Assembly: GCA_040182905.1 (NCBI GenBank)
Contig: JARQWU010000056.1
Coordinates: 1-46,347 of the forward strand
Length of the DNA: 46,347 nt
Origin: Barthelona sp. PAP020
Lineage: Eukaryota
Reading direction: 5' to 3'
The notes under the pieces were generated by a model. It searched no databases. It was not told where the DNA came from and saw only the letters and a list, made by a program, of their open reading frames with translations. The translations under genes and the position numbers were made by a program. Positions 37,849 through 46,347 of the stretch are shown here, one piece after another. Numbering within the stretch: position 1 is the stretch's first letter; each line of letters begins with the position of its first letter.

Positions 37849-40041
37849 TTATGAGAAATATGGTTTCAATAAATCAACAACTTCAGATTTTTGATTTGAT
37901 AAGGCAACATCTAAAGCAGTCCATCGATCGTTGACTTTTATATTCACATCTATTCCATAATCTAAGAGCAGCTTAACGACACCTACGCAACCATTTTGAC
38001 TGCTAACATACAATGAAGAAAATCCATCATTAGTGCACTTGTTAATATCAGCACCATTATCAAGCAACATTTTGGCAACTTCAACATTGTCCTTTTCAGA
38101 AGCAATATACAATGGAGAATGTCCAAGAAGTGTACATAAATTAACGTCTGCACCTTTATTTATCAGCAAATCAACAATTTCCACAAAATTTTGTTCACAA
38201 CTAACATACAATGGTGAAAACTTTTCTTTGAATCGAATATTTAAATCGGCACCATAGTCAACTAGCAATTTAACAATTTCAAAACATCCTTTTTCACAAC
38301 TGACATACAAGGGGGTTGCTTTGGAAGATGTACAATCATTAGGATTGGCTCCATGCTCCAACAGAAGTTTTACGATATCTGTAAAGCCCTTTTCACAACT
38401 GATGTATAACGGCGTAAATTCATTTTTAAACCTCAAAAAAATATCAGCATTATTGTCTAATAAAAGTCGAAGCACATTGATTTGTCCTTTTTCACAACAA
38501 ATATAAAGTGGTGTTGCACCTTCATTCGAACGGAAGTTGATATCATCCCCATCATCCAACAACAATTGGACAATTTCCAAATAACCATTTTGACAACAAA
38601 CATAAAAGGGAGAAAAACCTTCATACAATATTCTTTTATCGGCATCATATTTCAACAGAAGACGAACAAGATCAGTATATCCTTTTGAACAACCAACATA
38701 AAGAGGAGTTGCAGAAGTTTCAAGATGAAAATTGACATCATCTCCATCTTTCAACAATAATTCAGCAACATCTGTAAAACCTTTTTCACAAGCAATGTAC
38801 AATGGGGAAAACTTGTCAACAAATAAGATGCTCTTATCTGCTTCATATTTCAATAGAAGTTGAACCATGTCAACATCTCCTCTCTCACAACAAAGATACA
38901 ATAGAGTGGCAGTTTCAGCTGTGTGAAAGTTAATATCATCCCCATCATTCAATAGTAATTCGACAACGGCAAGATGTCCATTTTGGGAAGCAATGAAACA
39001 TGGAGGGAACTTATTGTCATACAAAATTGTTTTATCAGCACCATATTTTAACAAAAGACAGACAACATCGAAATGACCTTTTTCACAAGCAACATAAAGT
39101 GGTGTTGCACTTTCATTTGTCGGAAAATTCACGTCAGCTCCATAGTCTATCAATATTTGGGAAGTTTCAACATGATTATTTTGACAACTCACATACAAAG
39201 GCGAAATATTGCCATTCATACTTTTGTTTGGATCCGCACCAAAATCCAATAACAACCTAACAATATCTGCTTCACCTGTAAATGCAGCACCATAAAGAGC
39301 AGTTCTACCCTCCTTTCCCTGTTTATTTACATCAGCACCAGCTTTGATACATTGTTTAACTAACTCCATATTTCCATCACAAGCAGCATCATATATGGTC
39401 TTTAGTCGACCAATTTTATTATAACCAGTCAAATCTAAATCAATTGGAACAACTACTTTATCCAATCCATAAAAGGAAAACATGTCAGGCCTAGCACCAG
39501 AGTTTAATAGCAAATCGACTAAATTGCTCCTTTGAAAGTCACGACAAATATCTAAGGGAGATGTTCCATCATTTGTACAAAGGTTGGGATCAGCTCCATG
39601 ATTCAACAACAATTTTACAATCTCAAAAAGACCCTTTTTACAAGACAATAACAGTGGGGAACTACCAGTTAAAGAACTTTGATTAACATTTGCTCCATGA
39701 TTTAATAATTCTTCTACAATGTTTAAATGGCCCTTCTCACAACTGACCCAGAGTGGGGAAGTTCCATTTTTTCGACTTAAATTGATATCACATCTGAAAG
39801 TCAATAGAAGTCTCACGATATCAATATTTCCACGAAAACATGCCCACCAAAGAGCAGTTCTTTGTTCTTGATCCACAATATTAACATCTAAACCCGCTTC
39901 CAAATATCCTTGAACATATCCAAAATCTCCTTTTGAAGCAGCAACAACAAATGATTCTCCATCGAAATAAAAATAATTATTAACTTCATTCTGTTTTTGA
40001 TCATTAATAGATTCTGTTTGACATTTTAAATCTGATTTCAT
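37849..40041 (-). CDS. Ankyrin-repeat protein (about 20 repeats); start uncertain
   Basis: Repeated (A/F)(T/S)PLY.(A/S)CEKG..D(I/V)V.LLL..GAD.N units with about 33-aa period. The ATG chosen is at 40041, although the frame stays open to 40245. Confidence 0.9.
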   Translation of the reverse strand: MKSDLKCQTESINDQKQNEVNNYFYFDGESFVVAASKGDFGYVQGYLEAGLDVNIVDQEQRTALWWACFRGNIDIVRLLLTFRCDINLSRKNGTSPLWVSCEKGHLNIVEELLNHGANVNQSSLTGSSPLLLSCKKGLFEIVKLLLNHGADPNLCTNDGTSPLDICRDFQRSNLVDLLLNSGARPDMFSFYGLDKVVVPIDLDLTGYNKIGRLKTIYDAACDGNMELVKQCIKAGADVNKQGKEGRTALYGAAFTGEADIVRLLLDFGADPNKSMNGNISPLYVSCQNNHVETSQILIDYGADVNFPTNESATPLYVACEKGHFDVVCLLLKYGADKTILYDNKFPPCFIASQNGHLAVVELLLNDGDDINFHTAETATLLYLCCERGDVDMVQLLLKYEADKSILFVDKFSPLYIACEKGFTDVAELLLKDGDDVNFHLETSATPLYVGCSKGYTDLVRLLLKYDADKRILYEGFSPFYVCCQNGYLEIVQLLLDDGDDINFRSNEGATPLYICCEKGQINVLRLLLDNNADIFLRFKNEFTPLYISCEKGFTDIVKLLLEHGANPNDCTSSKATPLYVSCEKGCFEIVKLLVDYGADLNIRFKEKFSPLYVSCEQNFVEIVDLLINKGADVNLCTLLGHSPLYIASEKDNVEVAKMLLDNGADINKCTNDGFSSLYVSSQNGCVGVVKLLLDYGIDVNIKVNDRWTALDVALSNQKSEVVDLLKPYFS

Positions 40042-40336
40042 AATTCTAACAAAAATAAAAAATCCCAACTGGTTTTTTGCTTTTTCCATTGAAATAGGAA
40101 TAGTCTTGGTGAATTCAATTCTACAAAAAAACAATAAATATAAATAGACTTTTGACCAAATGGTGTATTTACAAAAGAGAAAAAATAATGACTCCCAAAA
40201 ATTTTTCAAAACATGAAAATTACAATTTATCAAAGCACCTAACAAAGAAAATTAGGCAGAGAAAAAAGAGAGCTTGAAACAATTTTGACACAATGTAAAC
40301 TGAATAGTGAAAACATTCAAAATAAACAACATAAGG

Positions 40337-40717
40337 CTAAGTAAATGTTGGTTCATTATTTTGAACCTGCAATTGAAATGTGTTTGAACCAAAATCAGAA
40401 ATAGGAGTTTCTTCTGCTTGAATAGACTGTTGTATTTGTTCTAATTGAAAAGATTGATGTATTTGTTGAATACGTTCTTGAACTTGAATGTCTTGAATAC
40501 GTTCTTGAACTTGAATGTCTTGCACAATTTCTTGAACTTGAATGTCTTCAACTTCGTTTAAATTATCATTATCATTGAAAAACGGAGGTGGGGGTAAACT
40601 TGGCACAAGCTGTGATGCTGATGGTCCATCAATAGGATTCTGTAAATTACTATCGACTTGTGAATGTTGATGCAATTGCGAACTCTCTTTGTTGGGAAAA
40701 CGTCTGGGACCTTCCAT
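40337..40717 (-). CDS. Hypothetical Q-rich disordered protein (126 aa)
   Basis: ATG after a T-rich tract, a poly-Pro run and an in-frame 9-aa repeat. No family recognised. Confidence 0.45.
   Translation of the reverse strand: MEGPRRFPNKESSQLHQHSQVDSNLQNPIDGPSASQLVPSLPPPPFFNDNDNLNEVEDIQVQEIVQDIQVQERIQDIQVQERIQQIHQSFQLEQIQQSIQAEETPISDFGSNTFQLQVQNNEPTFT
40466..40546. repeat. 27-nt tandem repeat x3 (DIQVQE[R/I][I/V]Q)
   Basis: TTGAATACGTTCTTGAACTTGAATGTC occurs twice exactly, followed by TTGCACAATTTCTTGAACTTGAATGTC. Confidence 0.9.
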
Positions 40718-40889
40718 AACCAATAAAAGAATTAAAAAAAAAAACAATAAATAAATTTATTTTCGCTTTCTGTGTTAAAATTTGTATTTGGAAAAAAAAA
40801 TGAAAACAAACAATTGACTATAAACAAAAAAATAACACAATTTAAAAAAAAAAACTGCAAAGACGATTGAAGCAGAGGGTGTAATTTGC

Positions 40890-41183
40890 TCAAAGTTGAA
40901 GCAAATCTGACAAAGTAACGTCGGAATTTCTTCTTTTATTGTATTCATTTTGAGACACATTCGGATGATCGGTCTTTTCAGCCAAATACTGACTCACAAT
41001 TTTCGATAATTGTCTTACAATAATAATAAATATTGTTGTCAATATTAAAAATCCTGGTATCATTTCCCTCCAAGCAGCAAAATCAAAAGTTTCAAGTATG
41101 CTTACAATAAAACCATCTGTTGGAATGCTTAACCCTAGTATGAAAGTAAAAATACAAATGAAGAAAAGAGTTGCAAATGACAT
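40890..41183 (-). CDS. Small putative membrane protein (97 aa)
   Basis: An N-terminal hydrophobic, signal-like segment and a second hydrophobic helix (GFLILTTIFIIIV). The ATG follows a T-run, as for other genes here. Confidence 0.45.
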   Translation of the reverse strand: MSFATLFFICIFTFILGLSIPTDGFIVSILETFDFAAWREMIPGFLILTTIFIIIVRQLSKIVSQYLAEKTDHPNVSQNEYNKRRNSDVTLSDLLQL

Positions 41184-41235
41184 TCAAAAAAAAAAATGAA
41201 AAAACAAAAAGGAATTTTTCCATTTCATGTTTTAA

Positions 41236-43063
41236 ATGAATGAAGCTGAAGAAATCTTTCAAAGATGTATTACTTTATCAAATCAAAATGTTTAATTTCT
41301 GTTGTCTGACCAAAAAAACTAACAACCTTTAGAAAATTACCAGCCAAAATACATGGAAACTACCATTAATTCAACAACTTGATCATATTTTTGATTATTC
41401 AAAAGATGAAGATAATAGTACAAATTTTCAAAAAGCTTCAATTGCGGTTGATGCTTCAATTAAAATATATTCCAGAAGAGTTGATTCCATACATAACAAT
41501 TTATTTCAAGCCTTATCCACCTTAACTATTGGAGATGATAAAACAGAAGAAGATACGTTCAAAGAAAAGAGTGACAATACTTCTTTTAAAAAAAAAGCCA
41601 ACACCAAAAAAGCCGTTACTTTCATTGAAAATACCAAAGATATCATATTGAAAGATGTAGAACGAGAGTTGCATTGTATTGATCCCAATTTTTCTGCAAT
41701 TTCTGCTCGTTTAGATCAAAGTTCCAAAGAGCTGTTTTTAAATACACTTGAAACAATCCCTCAAGGAGGATATTCATTGAATGGGTCGTTTATTCCTTTA
41801 GTTTCTTCTCATGATCACGATAATTATTTCACCAAAGACAATTCAAACTGCACTCTCAATAACTTGGATATTTGTTCAAATATTCAATTGTCTCAATTAG
41901 AAAGTCAATTATTACGTTATTTGGATGATAACATTAAAGAAACGGTAGTTGTGAAAGAAACTGTTGAAATAACAAAGAATGAAGGTGTTGAGTTGGTATG
42001 CAATAACGTTGATTTTGAAGCAAATGATATTGAAGGATTTGAAGAATTGGATAATTTTGCTAATTTTGACGATGATAATACTGTTATTGATGATGAAATT
42101 CAAGCTTCGGAAACGTTAGAAAGTTTTAAAGATGTTGAAAATTTGAATCTAGAAATTAAATTGCCTGAATTGGACGATGCAATTAGAATTGATGAAAATC
42201 GTGCAACAACTCATACAACGACCAAAGAGTCTGATTTTTTTAATAATGTTCATACTTGGAAAAGATCTGGAAATCGAGCCAAAGACACAAGAAAATTAAA
42301 AAAGAGTGTGGGTATTTTAGCTTGTAAAACTACCGTTGAACCAAAAAATAATGTTTTAATTAATTCTGCTAATTTTGATGTTGATGAATTGCTTAGCTCA
42401 ATTGATCGATCTTTATTTGAATTGGGTGATTCTAAAAGTGTAGATATGACTAAAGCTGCGATTACAAAACGAAATAAAATTTTCCAAAAAGTACATGAAA
42501 GCAAAGAATCAAAAGAACTTGAAATTAAGGATAAAATGGATAGTAAATCAAATGTTTGGAATTTTTCAACTTTGAATGAAAGATTTGACAAAATTTTTAC
42601 GATTTATTCAAGTGAAAATACCTATGAGACTCCAATCAAGAATGAAAAGGACGAATGCTTGGCAAATCCTCCTTTTTCCGCTGAATTGTTAATTTCTCCT
42701 CAGGGAGATCTTGATTATTCTATGATTGATGATTATATTGAAGATAGATTAGATGAAGACAATGATAGTGATGAAAAAGATGAAAAAGATGAGATTATTG
42801 CTTTGCCAAGTAGTCTAAACATTTTAAAACCTAGGTTAGATGTTCGTAGATTGAAAAAGGTATTATGGAACTTTATTAATGAACAAACAGAAAATGAAAT
42901 CAATATTGAATGTGTTTTTGCGTTTGCTCAGAAAAAAATTGCTTCAAAAGGATATGAATCCCCTACAATTCATTATTTAATGGTATGTTTATTGCATTTA
43001 ATCAATGAAAAAAGTTTGTCCCTTTCTTCTGATTTAATGTTAACAAAAAATGTAAATGTTTAA
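41236..43063 (+). CDS. NCAPH: Condensin I kleisin CAP-H/Brn1/Barren, 2 exons (41236-41289, 41333-43063), 594 aa
   Basis: The spliced N-terminus reads CITLSNQN|KITSQNTWKLPLI...TNFQKASIAVDASIKIYSRRVDSIH (the kleisin N-terminal motif, missed by the ORF track). Also present: IDPNF...LFLNTL and the C-terminal winged helix LDVRRLKKVLW...YLMVCLLHLINEKSL. Confidence 0.92.
41290..41332 (+). other. Spliceosomal intron, 43 nt, in CAP-H
   Basis: Sequence GTTTAATTTCTGTTGTCTGACCAAAAAA-ACTAAC-AACCTTTAG, phase 0. Removal restores the conserved N-K-I motif. Confidence 0.9.
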
Positions 43064-43299
43064 GATTATTTTTGTTTTATTGTACTTCATTGTCAATTAT
43101 TTATAAATTAAAAAGCATGACAAAGGTTATTTGATTAGTTATTTATTTATTACTAAATTGAAAAAAGAATCTGTTGAACTTTGATTTTGAAAAAATGTTT
43201 ACATTCTTTTAATGGAAGATTGGAAAAAAAAAACAATTTGTGTTGGTTTACAATAAGTGATTTTTCTTCTTGGGAAAAAAAAATATTGCATTGTGATTG

Positions 43300-44241
43300 A
43301 TGGATGATTCAATTTCAAAACATTCAGAAAGAGCTTTACAAAATTTGGCAAATTATGTTCTTGAAGGAAAGAGATTACTGTTTGTGACGGGTGCAGGATT
43401 ATCTGTTTGTTCAGGAATTTTGCCTTATCGCGGTGCACCTGATGCGATTTGGAATAATTACCTCACAGAAACTGGTACTAAATCAAGCTTTTTAAACAAT
43501 CCAGACAAATGGTGGAATGAATTTTGGCTAAGAACTCACGAAAAATCAATGTTTTTCAATGCAAGGCCAAATCCTGGACATGTGGCAATAACAGCTTTAT
43601 CAAAAATATGTTCCATCAAGGTCATCACTCAGAATATTGACAAATTACATCAAAAATCAGGATTTAGAAATGAGGATTTGTCACAGATACATGGTGAATT
43701 AGGCTCTTACAAATGTTCAGGGATGAAGACTTTTTGTAAATACAATGTAAAAGAATGGATTTCAAACTTGAATTTGGGAAACTTTGCAAAAAAAGGCACT
43801 TCTTTAAAAAAAAACAATTTGTTGATCTCACCACCCAAGTGTCCGGAGTGTGGAGCCTATTTGATGCCTGCAACATTATTATTTGATGAAAGTTATGATT
43901 CACATGATTTATATAAATATGATCAAGCAAGAGAATGGGTTTTGCATGCTGATGTAATTGCCTTTGTGGGAACTTCGTTCTCAGTGGGAATAACTGCCAT
44001 TATTCTAGAAATGGCCTTAAAAGCAAAAAGACCTCTTTACAATTTTAATGTTGGTATAGACAGTGAAGTACACAATTATAGTATGAATCATATCATTGGA
44101 AGTGCTGTGGAAACACTACCAAGACTGTTTGAAATTGTTTTTGAAAGACAGAAGACGACTTTTAACAATTATTCAAGACAAAGATTATGGCTAACAAAAC
44201 CGTTGGGTTCTCCAAAATATGAACCTTTGCTTGAAGAATAG
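43300..44241 (+). CDS. Sir2-family NAD-dependent deacylase
   Basis: Motifs TGAGLS..SGI..YRG, PNPGH, ITQNIDKLHQKSG, IHGEL, Zn-binding C...C/CPECG and VGTS. The ATG is at 43300. Confidence 0.93.
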   Translation: MDDSISKHSERALQNLANYVLEGKRLLFVTGAGLSVCSGILPYRGAPDAIWNNYLTETGTKSSFLNNPDKWWNEFWLRTHEKSMFFNARPNPGHVAITALSKICSIKVITQNIDKLHQKSGFRNEDLSQIHGELGSYKCSGMKTFCKYNVKEWISNLNLGNFAKKGTSLKKNNLLISPPKCPECGAYLMPATLLFDESYDSHDLYKYDQAREWVLHADVIAFVGTSFSVGITAIILEMALKAKRPLYNFNVGIDSEVHNYSMNHIIGSAVETLPRLFEIVFERQKTTFNNYSRQRLWLTKPLGSPKYEPLLEE

Positions 44242-44553
44242 TCAATACACACGCAAAAGTCATTTTGTTTTTTTTTTTTCCAATAAATTTTTTTTTTGAA
44301 GCAATGAAGATTGTGGATTTTATTAGCCTTTTTTTTTTCAATGACATTTGTAAAAGTATGAAATGATTGTGGATTCAGATTCATTGTCTTCATTTTTTTC
44401 ATATCTTTTCTTGTATCCCTATGTAAAAAAGACATTATTTGTGTATAAAGTTTACTCTAACAAAAACAATTAAAACTTTCACCAAATTTCTCGTCATTTC
44501 CACAATTCAATAAATTTTCCGATCTTGTTTCTTTCTTTTTTTTTTAGTTTGCA

Positions 44554-46134
44554 ATGATGAAAATTGGAATTTTACATCTGTTTCTATTTCTTACTTTATC
44601 TTTTTGTATTTCAATTTGGCCCGTTCCAGATGTTTTAATACCCGATGGAAATTATTATAGGTTGTCTCAAGATTTTTCCATTAAATTTGACTCAAATCAA
44701 GATTTAAATGGAATTTTAAATAAGTTTTCTACTGAATATGTCAGTTTCATCCATAAAAGTACTGTTCCAAATGTTGACATTCCAACCAATACCAATTTTC
44801 AAAACATAAATGGAATTAAATTAGTTGTAAAGGATACTTCAATCAAATCATTTTCATATTTGGTGGATACTGGTTATGCTATTTTAATGGGAAATGGTTT
44901 GATTACCATTAATCTAAACACTGTTTACAGTGCAAATTATGCTTTGGACACTGTATCTCAATTAATTTATCTCAATGGAAATGGGGAATTGATTCTTCCT
45001 GGTGTTCAAATTATTGATAAAGCTTACATGAAATACCGAGGATTTATGATCGACACTGCACGTCATTTCATCACTATGGATCGTTTAAAAGCTTTTATTC
45101 CCTTATTAGCATATGGTAGGTTTAACGTTCTTCATTGGCATATTATTGATGCTCAAAGTTATCCAATCAATATTCCTCCTACCAGTGAACTTGCTAAAAG
45201 TGGTGCTTGGCATGCTGCAGCGATGTATAGTGCAGATGATATCTTAAGCTTAGAAGCACTTGCCCAAACATATGGAATTGAGCTCTTTATGGAATATGAC
45301 ATGCCTGGACACGCTGCTTCTTGGGGATTTGGAGATAAGGATTATGTTTCTCAATGTCCTGATTCATTGAGCCACAACATCAATAATTTCCCTCTCAATG
45401 TTGCTGAAGATAAAGTTTACAATGTTATTGAGGGTATTTGTGAATGGACCAGTAAAACTTTAAGAACTAAACTTATTCATTTAGGAGGAGATGAACCTTG
45501 TCTTTCTTGTTGGATGAGAAGCCAAAGTCAATCCATGCAAGATTTCTTAAAAAAACAAAAATTTACAAATGGAAAGGATGTGTACAAATATTTTTTCAGT
45601 AAGGTTTTGCCTTTGGTAAAGAATAATGGATTAACTCCAATTGTTTGGGAGGAAGCTTTAGAAAACATAGATAATCTTGCTGAATTGGACGAATCAACCA
45701 TCATTATGGCATGGAAATCTAAAACCATCATTAAACAGGCTTTAGATAACAATTTTAAAGTAATTGTAGCAACAGGTAATTACGTTGATCAACAAATTCC
45801 TACCCATTGGACCAGTCCTGCTAACACTCATTATGCTTGGATAATGACGATGGAAGACTTTTTGGCCAATGATCCATTGTATTTGAGTGGTCTCGATGAA
45901 AATCCCAATATTTTAGGTGGGGAAGTTTGCATGTGGGCCGAATCTGTTACCAATGAAAATTTCATTCATCGCAGTTTCCCAAGAGCTTTTGCTTCAACCC
46001 AGGCTTTATGGACTAAACAAAAACCGGAAAAGGCCAATATGTATCATCATGTGAATGAATATGTTTGTAGATTGAATGGAAGAGGTTTCAAATTATCTGG
46101 TGTTGAACCTGGATATTGTATTTATTCCAGCTAA
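44554..46134 (+). CDS. Beta-hexosaminidase, glycoside hydrolase family 20, secreted/lysosomal
   Basis: Signal peptide and motifs IWPVP, YRGFMIDTARHF, FNVLHWHIID, EYDMPGH, catalytic HLGGDE, VWEE, GGEVCMWAE and FPRA. Confidence 0.95.
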   Translation: MMKIGILHLFLFLTLSFCISIWPVPDVLIPDGNYYRLSQDFSIKFDSNQDLNGILNKFSTEYVSFIHKSTVPNVDIPTNTNFQNINGIKLVVKDTSIKSFSYLVDTGYAILMGNGLITINLNTVYSANYALDTVSQLIYLNGNGELILPGVQIIDKAYMKYRGFMIDTARHFITMDRLKAFIPLLAYGRFNVLHWHIIDAQSYPINIPPTSELAKSGAWHAAAMYSADDILSLEALAQTYGIELFMEYDMPGHAASWGFGDKDYVSQCPDSLSHNINNFPLNVAEDKVYNVIEGICEWTSKTLRTKLIHLGGDEPCLSCWMRSQSQSMQDFLKKQKFTNGKDVYKYFFSKVLPLVKNNGLTPIVWEEALENIDNLAELDESTIIMAWKSKTIIKQALDNNFKVIVATGNYVDQQIPTHWTSPANTHYAWIMTMEDFLANDPLYLSGLDENPNILGGEVCMWAESVTNENFIHRSFPRAFASTQALWTKQKPEKANMYHHVNEYVCRLNGRGFKLSGVEPGYCIYSS

Positions 46135-46347
46135 GAGATTTTTAGGTTTTTTTTTTGTTGAAATAAAATATTTCAAAATTTTTTATTTTTTTTTTATTTT
46201 TTTTTATTTTTTTTTTTTTCAAATAAAAATCAAAAGAATTTTGATCTAGTTATGAAACAACTATTTTATTTCCAAGCCAAGAAGCACTGTGCGTATGAGT
46301 GAATAAGAAAGAATAGTGTTTATTTGGTTAAAGGCTTTCGAGGCCCG

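Noticed and set aside
40042..40336. Open frame upstream of the ankyrin ATG and possible splicing to the Q-rich ORF via a TTTGTTAG acceptor near 40239
   Set aside because: There is no ACTAAC branch point as in the three supported introns, no convincing donor, and the translation looks like UTR sequence.
1..46347. Alternative genetic code, CRISPR arrays, tRNA/rRNA genes, transposons, inteins
   Set aside because: Conserved proteins end at TAA, TAG and TGA at expected positions. I saw no repeat-spacer array, cloverleaf, rRNA signature, transposase/RT motif, terminal repeats or intein-sized insertion.
46260..46347. GC-richer tail at the window end (…AAGGCTTTCGAGGCCCG)
   Set aside because: It is too short and truncated to interpret. 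It is not a telomeric repeat and does not match the window start as a terminal repeat.

Overview
This is a gene-dense, very AT-rich piece of a eukaryotic nuclear genome from an intron-poor protist. The standard genetic code applies, since TAA, TAG and TGA all end conserved ORFs. A metamonad-like or anaerobic lineage is a guess only. About 23 protein genes are supported: casein kinase 1, PAN2, a divergent PAN3, TRAPPC8/Trs85, a catalytically dead legumain-like protein, deoC, an Erf4/GOLGA7-like protein, Sec24, a CENP-C/Mif2-like cupin protein, a C-terminally shortened alpha-COP, TMX2-like, an atypical homeobox protein, topoisomerase II, RBBP4/MSI1, a short XMAP215/TOG, an alpha/beta hydrolase, an ankyrin-repeat protein, condensin CAP-H, a sirtuin, a GH20 hexosaminidase and three small unknown ORFs. 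The ORF track misses a divergent U2 snRNA gene (about 14384-14573, minus strand) and three 34-43 nt first introns (CK1, Sec24, CAP-H), each with an ACTAAC branch point close to a TAG acceptor. The two most notable observations are the PAN2 and PAN3 deadenylase subunits sitting head-to-head across 253 bp, and a U2 snRNA whose U6-pairing helix Ia segment is rewritten (GAACC instead of GAUCA). All family calls come from motif recognition by eye; no database search was run.
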